Of a stretch of DNA of 64,000 bases, positions 20,560-30,596 are shown piece by piece (position 1 is the first letter of the stretch; every line of letters starts with the position of its first letter). The position numbers and the translations under genes were made by a program. The stretch is from an uncultured Bacteroidales bacterium (GTDB lineage Bacteria; Bacteroidota; Bacteroidia; Bacteroidales; VadinHA17), in NCBI GenBank assembly GCA_963792925.1, contig CAWBYC010000005.1:15353-79352 (forward strand). Direction: 5' to 3'. The notes under the pieces were generated by a model, which was not told the DNA's origin, searched no databases, and worked only from the letters and a program-made list of their open reading frames with translations.

Positions 20560-21426
20560 TCATCTCGGAGCATCTTCGTGATACTTGATCTCAGCGTCAT
20601 CGGAATTAGAAGAGAACAGATTGCCAATACCAGTGCTCCCGGAAGAAGGACGAGAACGGGAAGGCGTGATCGAAGGTACTCCGCTGATATCGAACAACGT
20701 CATGGCGGTCCAGCCGTTTGCAACGACTGACAATATCAGGTACAGGGCGATGAACCGCATGAGGCGTTTTCGGCGCTGAAATCTGGCCAAGGCGAATAGG
20801 AACATGCAGAACAGCACCCCCCTCCAAGTGAAAACAACGTGCCGAGATTCTGATATCGTTTGATTTCCACTTCTTTCCAGATTTGTTTGTCGCAATTCGC
20901 GGCGTCGGGAATCGATTTCTTCCTCGGGAATTTCAATTCCACCAAATTCAAGCTCCTGTTGCCAACGAGCCGCGAGCATCTGGTTGTGCCCCTTCATGTA
21001 AGTCGTCGTCACAATCATCGCAACTGTGACGACAAGCGTCGCGATGCCGGACCAAATCCAAACACGGCAACCAGTCTTGCCGGGGACCACGGTGCAAAGA
21101 ATCGTACCGATAACTGCCATTGCGATCGCGAGTTCTTTTCCGAGCCTCGCAATGGCCGAAACTGCGATCCAGTCCGCCGTCGCCAGAGCCGGATCGGTCT
21201 GTTCCGAAGCCCCTTCCGCAATGAGTGAAACAAATAATTGCGCCAATCCAAACACGAACAGCCCAAGGCCGGTTCGCACCGTTCCCCATGCGAGGCGGTC
21301 TTGGAGCGAAATGGACGGACCGGCCGGTACCGGCGGCTCGACGATCCCGCTCGCACACGTCGGGCACGTTCCCGCCTTCCATTCGGCTTCCGTCAAAGCC
21401 ACGTCACAAATCGGACACTTCGCCAT
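20560..21426 (-). CDS. zinc-ribbon multi-pass membrane protein
   Basis: The start MAKCPICDVALTEAEWKAGTCPTCASG has two CxxC pairs. Several TM helices follow, with the motif VVPGKTGCRVWIW. It is a paralogue of the adjacent gene. Confidence 0.5.
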   Translation of the reverse strand: MAKCPICDVALTEAEWKAGTCPTCASGIVEPPVPAGPSISLQDRLAWGTVRTGLGLFVFGLAQLFVSLIAEGASEQTDPALATADWIAVSAIARLGKELAIAMAVIGTILCTVVPGKTGCRVWIWSGIATLVVTVAMIVTTTYMKGHNQMLAARWQQELEFGGIEIPEEEIDSRRRELRQTNLERSGNQTISESRHVVFTWRGVLFCMFLFALARFQRRKRLMRFIALYLILSVVANGWTAMTLFDISGVPSITPSRSRPSSGSTGIGNLFSSNSDDAEIKYHEDAPR

Positions 21427-21556
21427 CGCGTGTCGCTCTTCAAGGTGAAGGCCGCAATCAAACCGAGTTATCGCGGGCAGACCTCCAGGCGGCGTGCGGT
21501 AAAGTAAATGAGTTCGCCGCCCGTTCGGTGCACTCGCGGCTGTTGTTGTTCCGGCC

Positions 21557-22408
21557 TCAGCCGGCGGCCACTCGCGGAGGCGTGAATCTCGTCGATCCGT
21601 CGGCGACGAAACGGGCAATCCCGCATCGGAGTTGGAACAGCAACGTTCCATACCAAGCGGTAATTCCAATTCCAATCGCGATCATCAACGATCCACCGAT
21701 GATCAGTTGCGACATGTCGAGCGTTCGGTTCGACGACACGACCTCTTCCAACACCCGGGTCGCGGCGGGAACGTACAGCACGCCGATCGGAAGCCACAGG
21801 ATCGTGAACAGCAGGATGGAACGTGCCAGGCGTTGAAGATTGAACAGCGAAGCGACCGACCAGAGGAACACATTGACGAACACGGTGCTGGCCACCGCGC
21901 TCAGCAGCGAGACCGCCGACATCGCGAGGGCGACCGAGGGATTGCTCTTCTGAACGACGCCCGCGGTGACCGCGGCCGTGATCCAGACGCACAGGCACAG
22001 CACCGCAATCACCGCCCAGTGCCTGCAGGCCGACCTGCCCGGCACCGCGACAAATAACACGATGGCCGTAATCCGGATCAGCAGCGCGATACCGACTACC
22101 GATCCCAGGGCGATCGCGGCCAGGATGTTGACCTCCAGCCGCAGCGTCACGATCAGCACGCCGCTGACGGCCACCAGAAATGCCAGCACCAGGCCCGATA
22201 GCTCCAGCAATAGCCCGATGCGAACGGGCTGCCATTCGCCACGCGTCATCGGCGCAATCGCCGGCTCGGCCGCGGGGTCATTGCCCCGGACGCTGGTATT
22301 CGTGACGGCCATCGGCGACAGCGCCAGCGGCGCCGCACAGAACGGGCATTTCCGCTCGTGTTGCTCACGATCCCTCAGTGGGATGCCGCATTGTGGACAG
22401 ACTCGCAT
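21557..22408 (-). CDS. zinc-ribbon multi-pass membrane protein (paralogue)
   Basis: MRVCPQCGIPLRDREQHERKCPFCAAP is followed by TM helices and the motif AVPGRSACRHWAV. The architecture matches 20560..21426. Confidence 0.5.
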   Translation of the reverse strand: MRVCPQCGIPLRDREQHERKCPFCAAPLALSPMAVTNTSVRGNDPAAEPAIAPMTRGEWQPVRIGLLLELSGLVLAFLVAVSGVLIVTLRLEVNILAAIALGSVVGIALLIRITAIVLFVAVPGRSACRHWAVIAVLCLCVWITAAVTAGVVQKSNPSVALAMSAVSLLSAVASTVFVNVFLWSVASLFNLQRLARSILLFTILWLPIGVLYVPAATRVLEEVVSSNRTLDMSQLIIGGSLMIAIGIGITAWYGTLLFQLRCGIARFVADGSTRFTPPRVAAG

Positions 22409-22543
22409 GGGAATGGACTCTCGACGGCTGACGTTTCGGCGGCCACGTTCCCTTTACGCTTCCGGGACGATCTCGTTACGTTGTGACGGCGGCGACCGCG
22501 ATGGCGTTTCGGGAACCGGGATTGTATCACGGGAGTGGAGTGG

Positions 22544-23798
22544 ATGCATTCATCACTTTTTTGTTCCGCGTGCGAGGTGGAGCATGCCGTCGACGAACTC
22601 CAGAATCTCTGCCGCGACTGCGGCAAACCGCTGCTCGTGGGGTACGATTTGCCGGCGATCAAGGGGACGTTCCGGCCCGACGTCGTGCGGCAGCGGACGG
22701 AACGGTCGATGTGGCGGTTCCACGAGGTCATGCCGATTGCTGAGGTAGCGGAGATCGTTTCGCTCGGCGAAGGAGGTACGCCGCTGCTGCGGGCCGAGCG
22801 TCGCGGTCCGTTCGAGCCGTTCGAGAATCTGTTCATCAAGGACGAGGCGTTCAACCCGACGGGCAGCTTCAAGGCCCGAGGCATGTCGGCGGCCATCACG
22901 CGGGCCGTGGCGCTGGGGGCGAAGGTCGTCGCGCTGCCATCGGCCGGCAATGCCGGCGGGGGCGGCGACGTATTATGCCGCCAAGGCCGGGCATGAAATG
23001 TTTCGTTTTCATGCCGGAAGACACGCCGCCGGCCAACATCGATCGAATCGGTCGTCGGCGGGGCGCAACGTGTTCCTCGTCAACGGCCTGATCAGCGATT
23101 GCGGAAAACTCGTCAGGCAGGGCTGCGACAGATTCGGCTGGTTCGATCTGTCGACGCTCAAGGAGCCGTTCCGCATCGAAGGCAAAAAGACAATGGGCTA
23201 CGAGCTGGCCTTCGACATGGCAGCGGCGGCCGGCGTCGAACGGCTGCAACTTCCCGACGTGATCATCTATCCCACCGGCGGCGGCACCGGGTTGATCGGC
23301 ATGTGGAAGGCCTTCGACGAGATGCAGCAACTGGGATGGATTGGCCCCGAGCGGCCGCGGATGGTCGTCGTGCAAGCCGAGAGCTGTGCGCCGATCGTGC
23401 AGGCATTCCAAGCGAGCGCCGATCATGCCGAGATGTTTCCCAACGCCGCCACGGTGGCCGCCGGGCTGCGCGTGCCGGCGGCGATCGGCGATTTTCTGAT
23501 GTTGAAGCGTTCTGCGCGAAAGCCACGGAACGGCGATCACCGTCACCGACGACGAACTGCTCGACGGCGTCCGCGAACTGGCTGCGCTTCAGGGAATTTA
23601 TGCCTGCCCGGAAGGAGGCGCCGTCTGGAAGGCCGCCAGAAACTGCTCGACAGCGGTTGGCTGAAATCGGCGGAGCGCATCGTCCTGTTCAACACCGGCA
23701 GCGGGTTGAAGTACAACCATTTGTTCCCGGTGGGGGATCTGCCCGTCTTGGATCATACGGATGCGAATTGCCTGGATGCCGTCAAGAGCCGAACGTGA
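22544..23798 (+). CDS. thrC: threonine synthase, frame-disrupted
   Basis: The zinc-ribbon N-terminus is CSACEVEH..CRDCGKPLLVGYDL and the PLP-lysine motif is FIKDEAFNPTGSFKARG. The protein continues in ORF 22950..23798 (EPFRIEGKKTMGYELA, IIYPTGGGTGLIGMWKAF, VVVQAESCAPIV). The tail is LFNTGSGLKY. Confidence 0.85.
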
Positions 23799-23829
23799 CC
23801 GCGAGTGCGGGACGGCGTTCGCCGAAGGC

Positions 23830-23936
23830 CCCGCGGCGCAGCCGCCGTGAACCCAAACCGACAACTTGTTGTCGCCGCGAATCTCCCCGATCGCGACAGC
23901 AAGCTGTCGGTTTGGGTTTTCTGGCCGCTGCGCGGC
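23830..23936. repeat. palindromic REP-like element, family P2 (arms cccaaaccgacaNcttgNtgtcgc / gcgacagcaagctgtcggtttggg)
   Basis: This is a long imperfect inverted repeat. A second copy lies at 25938-26051. Confidence 0.75.
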
Positions 23937-23939
23937 ATT

Positions 23940-24053
23940 ATGGCTCGGACCAAAAGTTCTGCATCGAAGCCTGACGCGCAAGCGAAGGAATTCAACGGGA
24001 CTCCTCGCTTGCGCGTCGGGCTTCGATGTCGCAAGAGTATTGGTCCGAGCCAT
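23940..24053. repeat. palindromic REP-like element, family P1 (atggctcggaccaa...cgaagcctgacgcgcaagcga / tcgcttgcgcgtcgggcttcg...ttggtccgagccat)
   Basis: This 114-bp near-perfect inverted repeat has a second copy in opposite orientation at 39486-39599. An expanded relative lies at 47578-47881. Confidence 0.8.
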
Positions 24054-24180
24054 ACGTGCGCAAATCGAGCCTCTCGAGCCGCGCACGCAGTAAGCGGTGG
24101 GACGGCACTGGCCGCTGACTCCGCTTCGCTTCGTGCGCGGCTCTTGAGACGTCGCAATTCTCATCGCGTGCGGTGTGGCA

Positions 24181-24221
24181 GAAAACAAGAACGGCGACCG
24201 CCCCGAGAGACGCCCGCCGTT
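24181..24221 (-). terminator. putative intrinsic terminator of the PEP-CTERM gene
   Basis: The hairpin aacggcg...cgccgtt is followed on the minus strand by cttgttttc. Confidence 0.35.
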
Positions 24222-24251
24222 GGTGTTCGCTCTTTTGGTTCTGTGCGGCTG

Positions 24252-24922
24252 TCAGGCCGCCATCTGCTTCACCGGCTGCCGGCGTTGTACCATGAAGTAA
24301 CCGCCGACGAGGGTGAGCGTAAGGAGGACCAGACGGCAATGGAGGCGGGTTCTGGGACGGCGGGTCCCTGAGCGGGATTCGCGGTTTCGGAAAACGTAAC
24401 CGGTCCCTGTCGCGTTGCCCCCATTTTGAATCACGTTGATCAGCGAAGTATTCCCATTTTGCAAAGTGAACACAAACGTTCCACCATTCGAGAATGGTGA
24501 TACGTCAAAGTTGGGATCGTCGGAGTTTTGAGTCAGAGTCTCCGAGCCAGTGATCACCAGGCTGTTGCTGGGCCCGCCCACTGCCGTTCCGCTCAGAAAC
24601 TCGAAAATTGCCGACATCGTTCCCGCATCGACGGTTTTTGGCCACCCAATGGGAGGTTTGTCGCTTGCAATGTATTGGAATCGAAGGTGAAGACCAACGG
24701 CGAAGCGAAATGAGTATTCAGTGGTCCAACGCCTGAACCATTCGCGACCGTCACCAATCCGTCCGTCCCTGTTCCGAATGTGAAGCTGACGTTTGCGGTG
24801 CTGCCGTTCGAATTGATCGTGTACATAAAAACCGATCCGTCAAAGCTTGTAATCGGATCTGCGTTCGCGGCCGAAGCACAGCTGAACGCAGCGATTGCAA
24901 CCGCAAGAACTGCACGAAACAT
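24252..24922 (-). CDS. PEP-CTERM sorting-domain protein, frame-disrupted
   Basis: The signal peptide is MFRAVLAVAIAAFSCASAANA. The C-terminus reads VPEPASIAVWSSL in one frame and LLTLTLVGGYFMVQRRQP in the next. Together these give the PEP motif, a TM helix and a basic tail. Confidence 0.65.
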
Positions 24923-25177
24923 TGCCGATTCCTTTGAGTTTGATCAATCGTCACAAAACACATGCGCGAATCTCAGGCTCAACCCCATCTGCCCGGCACA
25001 TTTCATTCCGCAATTTCAAATGACCGCCAGCGTAAAGTGTTCCAGCGCAATCCATTTATCCGGAATAATTTGCAGCAATTCGGCGTACGAGCGGATGGAA
25101 GCGTCGCCCACGAAATCCGATAACGAATGTTATCAAATTTCGGCTATTGGGTATCAATTCGTAATGAGTAGGTTTCT

Positions 25178-25645
25178 TTACTCCTCATCCCCAGCGCAAA
25201 CCCACCCCGCCAGCGTCGCCTCCCAATCGACCAGTTCCGCTGCTCTGAAATACAGCGGGATCTCCCGCGCCGCGGCTTCCGGGCTGTCGCTGCCGTGGAC
25301 GAGGTTCATTTGCCGGCTGAGGCCGTAGTCGCCACGGAGGGTTCCCGGGGCGGCTTCTCGCCCGTTGGTGGGGCCCATGAGCGTGCGGACGACGGAGATT
25401 GCCGACGGGCCTTCCGCCACGATTGCCGCCACCGGACCGGAAGTAATGAACTCTTCCAGGTGCGGGTAGAACGGCTTCTGGACGTGCTCGGCGTAGTGTT
25501 TCCGGGAGAGTTCCGGCGTGACTTGCAGCAGCTTCAGGCCGACGAGCTTCAGCCCCTTCTGCTCCAGCCGGCTGATAACAGTCCCCACCAGCCGGCGGTT
25601 GACGCCGTCCGGTTTGACGAGAATGAGCGTGCGTTCGGTGGGCAT
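25178..25645 (-). CDS. ndk: nucleoside-diphosphate kinase
   Basis: ERTLILVKPDGVNRRLVGTVISRLEQKGLKLVGLK...NLVHGSDSPEAAAREI is present. The ORF is intact. Confidence 0.95.
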   Translation of the reverse strand: MPTERTLILVKPDGVNRRLVGTVISRLEQKGLKLVGLKLLQVTPELSRKHYAEHVQKPFYPHLEEFITSGPVAAIVAEGPSAISVVRTLMGPTNGREAAPGTLRGDYGLSRQMNLVHGSDSPEAAAREIPLYFRAAELVDWEATLAGWVCAGDEE

Positions 25646-25937
25646 GGCGTGCGTTGCTTGCGGTGGGATGAGAAGGAAACGAAGAGGATTCTAGATGAAT
25701 CGCGGCAAGGGGTCACGCGACCGGCCGTCATCGCTGGAGTACGGAGTGTGTCTCACGAAATTCGGTGACGAATCCGAATGGCTCGTTCGGCAGGGGCGAT
25801 GCCTGGCCTGACGAAAATCACGTCAATATGCAGCGTTTGGGCCGCGTGCGATTGAATCTTTTTTTGGTTCGGTGGGTACGGTGGAAGTGAAGAACGCGGA
25901 CGGCGCATGCGGATCGGAAGGAGAACGAATCTATGAA

Positions 25938-26051
25938 CCGGAGCGCAGCGACGCCAAAACCCAAACCGACATCTCGATGTCGCCGTGCTGGCGAGACAAT
26001 TCCTGCGACAGCAAGCTGTCGGTTTGGGTTTTCTCGCCGCTTCGCGGCTGC
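25938..26051. repeat. palindromic REP-like element, family P2, second copy
   Basis: aaaacccaaaccgacatctcgatgtcgc ... gcgacagcaagctgtcggtttgggtttt has the same arms as 23830-23936. Confidence 0.75.
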
Positions 26052-26194
26052 TGGTTGAGGGGCCCGCAACTGATATCCCGCGGCCAATTTGCGGAATCAT
26101 TCTGCCGCTACTAATTCGAGTTTCATCAGACAAGGCCCCACGGACCTTTTGCCTGCTTTTGCGATAGACACACGGGAGAGTCGGTCGCGGGGCT

Positions 26195-27676
<1,482 letters not shown>

Positions 27677-27757
27677 GGGATTACTCCGTGGATTCGTCTG
27701 TCGGAATTCGGTGTTTCCAGAATTCGGAACTTCGACTGTGATGCGCAAGGGTCAAGA

Positions 27758-27991
27758 TCAGGATGGATCCGTTCGAACTGCGTAATAAACCGAGTAAGAG
27801 AACTGCTTGACCGAGCAGCGGTGGATATTGCCTTGCAGCCGTTCAAAACTTGACGGGTCAGTTCGAAACCGGCGGATGGCCTCTTGAACCCGGTTCCGCA
27901 ATTGACGTCCGAGGCCGCGCTGTCGTTTATTCAGGAAAGCGACTGCCTCGCGCAAATTGGCGGATGCTTCCTTCTCCCAGCGAACCTTCAC
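27758..27991 (-). CDS. RelE/ParE family toxin
   Basis: The 77-aa ORF MKVRWEKEASANLREAVAFLNKRQRGLGRQLRNRVQEAIRRFRTDPSSFERL has a ParE-like N-terminus. It overlaps the upstream antitoxin by 4 nt. Confidence 0.65.
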   Translation of the reverse strand: MKVRWEKEASANLREAVAFLNKRQRGLGRQLRNRVQEAIRRFRTDPSSFERLQGNIHRCSVKQFSYSVYYAVRTDPS

Positions 27992-28241
27992 GGAACACTT
28001 TCCGCCTCCATCGCCTCAAGGTCCTGGTCAACGAGTCGCATGACTTCATCGTGGTCGATTGTCGTCGATTCTCCACGTTCCACCGCCCGCAGGCGCTGTT
28101 TGGCGATTGCGAGCCACGAGGCGTCGATGTCGGCGCGTTCCTGCTCCAAGCTCTTAAGGATGTTTTCGGTCAATTTCTCGCGTTCTTCCAGCGGGAGCCG
28201 AAGCGACTTCCTGCTGGATTTGTTCGACGGTAATTTTTCAT
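27988..28241 (-). CDS. addiction-module antitoxin (TIGR02574-like), start region frame-disrupted
   Basis: LPLEEREKLTENILKSLEQERADIDASWLAIAKQRLRAVERGESTTIDHDEVM is present. ATG lies at 28239-28241. Removing one base from the A5 run and one G would give MKITVEQIQQEVASLPLEEREKL. Confidence 0.55.
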
Positions 28242-28339
28242 GACTGATCCTCGACTCGGGATTCCCAGTATTCCAGTTCGCGATAAACAATGGTGTGCGA
28301 TCGCGATTACCGTTCAAACTCAATGAAAAAAATGACGCC

Positions 28340-28572
28340 AATCGAGTGCGATCAATCTCCCGCACGACCTCGTCGTGCGGAATCGTCTTTTCGCTTCCGT
28401 TGCGAATCTCCTGCACCCGTCGCTCGACTTCGCTGATCCACTCCTCGGAAATGGACGGCGAGCCTTCCCAGTCCGGCGGCAGGCTATCGATCAATCGCTG
28501 CGCAATTTCCGCGCGGTCTTCGTGCGGCAGTTCCATCGCCGCGTCGATGAGTTCATTTCGTTTTGCGATCAT
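28340..28572 (-). CDS. second addiction-module antitoxin domain, no cognate toxin present; 3' end uncertain
   Basis: MIAKRNELIDAAMELPHEDRAEIAQRLIDSLPP...EEWISEVERRVQEIRNGSEKTIPHDEV is present. In the ORF track it is fused in frame to the next antitoxin as one 194-aa ORF. Confidence 0.45.
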
Positions 28573-28590
28573 GTCTCACTTTCCAATGAA

Positions 28591-29383
28591 TCAGCGCAGC
28601 CCTTTCGCCCGCAGCAGTTCATCGGCCCACGTTGCGTCGTCGGGCGACAGCGGCGGATTGGGATTGGCGGTGTAGTCGACGGTCATTTCATATTCGCCTC
28701 GCTCGTAAACCTGGTCGAACACTGCTTGCAGATCGAGTTTGGCCGATTCTTCGCGATTCCGAAGGGGAATGGGAACGCCCGGCAACTGTTGCCGCAGCGG
28801 GACGGCATAGACACCCACGCTTCGCGGACTGCCGCCCAGTCGCACGCAGACGCGATAATCGGTACGGTGCGATTTCGGGAGCACTGTATTGCTGATGGGA
28901 AAGATCGGACGGCCGGCGCACAGCAGATCGATTTCGACCAGCGAAACGCCGGCAGTCCGCATCTCGCGCTGTTTTTCGAGGAATTTTTTCCGGCCATCTC
29001 CCTCACGCTTGTTCGAAGGACTCAAAACTTCGACGACCGTCACGACGCAATGCCCGCTTTTCGAATTACGGATTTCAATGTAGGTTTCGTGAACTTCTTC
29101 GTCCGGCAGATGAATAATGACCCGGTCGGCCACGGCGACGTCGGATTCGACGGGTGCCGTCCGTCGGCGCCGATTCGGATGTTCAATGACGCGGACGCCG
29201 GGAACCATTGTTTCAAACCCATCCAGCGGCGACTCGATGAAGACCCGCTCTTCGACCCGTGCGTACAAGGTCGCCTGGCAGAAAAGGGCGCAGAAAATCG
29301 CTGGTATACAGGACGAGTCGCGCATGGACGTCGCCCCAGTGTTCTTCCAGATACGGGTCCATGCCGGGAAACGGGCTCGGCAT
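28591..29383 (-). CDS. DUF4058 family protein (Uma2/restriction-endonuclease-like fold), one frame change
   Basis: The reconstructed N-terminus from ATG 29381-29383 is MPSPFPGMDPYLEEHWGDVHARLV. The core is ETYIEIRNSKSGHCVVTVVEVLSPSNK...GVSLVEIDLL. Confidence 0.65.
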
Positions 29384-29539
29384 TTCTTGTTTCCTGCTTG
29401 AGAGCGACTCGAACTCCGATGCGACCGTTCGCGAAAGGCAATACCGCTGGTCTCCATCCTACCGGACCGCGATGGCCGGGTAAAATCCAGTTCTGTTTCG
29501 CGAAACAGACACGATTCCCGGCCGAACGATTAAGCGACA

Positions 29540-29913
29540 TCACCGCACGACGAAGCCCACGTCCGAAAGGTCCGTCTGGTCGCCGTTGTAGTTGATCGTG
29601 ATTTCTTCCCCCGCGGCGATATCCCGCAGGGCGCGAAACACTTTCGTTTGCGGCCCGGTCGAGGTATTCCGCGTTGGGATCGTACGAATGATTGTAGAGC
29701 ACCCCGTAGCCCAGCGGCAGTCCGACCGTGTCGCGACCCCAGAGAAAACAATGCCCGGCCAGTCCGGTCGCTTCCACGTCACCGGCGGGCAGAGTGAGCA
29801 CCGGGACCGTCTCGATGACCGTTCCCGCCGCGATCGCCCGCCGAGCAAACACGCCTCGGCCTTTGCCGCGGGATGCGCTTGACCTCGATCAGCGGGGAGT
29901 GGCTGAAACTCAT
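29540..29913 (-). CDS. SET domain-containing protein, frame-disrupted
   Basis: The sequence runs MSFSHSPLIEVKRIP.., then VFARRAIAAGTVIETVPVL, then GVLYNHSYDPNAEY, then FRALRDIAAGEEITINYNG. These are SET motifs spread over two frames. Confidence 0.65.
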
Positions 29914-29919
29914 GCGGCC

Positions 29920-30303
29920 TCATTCCAGATGGCTCGACATTGTGACGGTCGTTTCCGGGTCGGGCTTCGGGGACGTCGGAAATCCGAACACGAACCAGAC
30001 CGCGGCGATCAGACATACGAAGGCGGCCAGATAGTTCCAGGTGAGTTTCTCGTTCATGTACCAGACGACGAACACGCTGAACACGGCCAGCGTGATGATC
30101 TCTTGCATGACTTTCAATTGGGCCGTCGTGAACCGCCCGTGTCCCAGCCGGTTCGCCGGAACCTGGAAACAATACTCCAGCAACGCGATCAGCCAGCTTG
30201 CGCCGATGGCGATCCATAACGGCGTCTGTTTGAATTTCAGATGTCCATACCAGGCAAACGTCATGAAGATGTTGGAGATGATTAACAGCACGATCGTGGG
30301 CAT
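29920..30303 (-). CDS. DMT family membrane protein (DUF486)
   Basis: This is an intact 127-aa ORF: MPTIVLLIISNIFMTFAWYGHLKFK...QLKVMQEIITLAVFSVFVVWYMNEKL. Confidence 0.75.
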   Translation of the reverse strand: MPTIVLLIISNIFMTFAWYGHLKFKQTPLWIAIGASWLIALLEYCFQVPANRLGHGRFTTAQLKVMQEIITLAVFSVFVVWYMNEKLTWNYLAAFVCLIAAVWFVFGFPTSPKPDPETTVTMSSHLE

Positions 30304-30596
30304 GCGCGGGTACTCCGGGAGTAAATCGTCGAACGCGGGATTCGCGTCGCCACGTTACTCGATCAGTCGGACGTCCTTCCAGACCAGACGATGAACGGCG
30401 CACCAGAAGTGTCCACAAAGAATTCCGACGGGTAACCGTGAAATGCGCCGCACCGCGCCGAATTTGCTCCAAATGGTGGCAACCGAATTGGGAATCGTGC
30501 ATAATGGAACCCTACCAACGACGTCCCGCCGGCATTTGTCTCACCCCCGCCGGCCCGTCGTTGCCGCTGACTTCCTTCCCGCATTGAGGCCGCTCG

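Noticed and set aside
23805-24371. ORFs encoded inside repeat elements (23805..24371, 23598..24188, 39426..39800, 47537..47905, 56064..56273).
   Set aside because: They are translations of palindromic or tandem repeats, and both strands give similar peptides. They have no start context and no coding periodicity.
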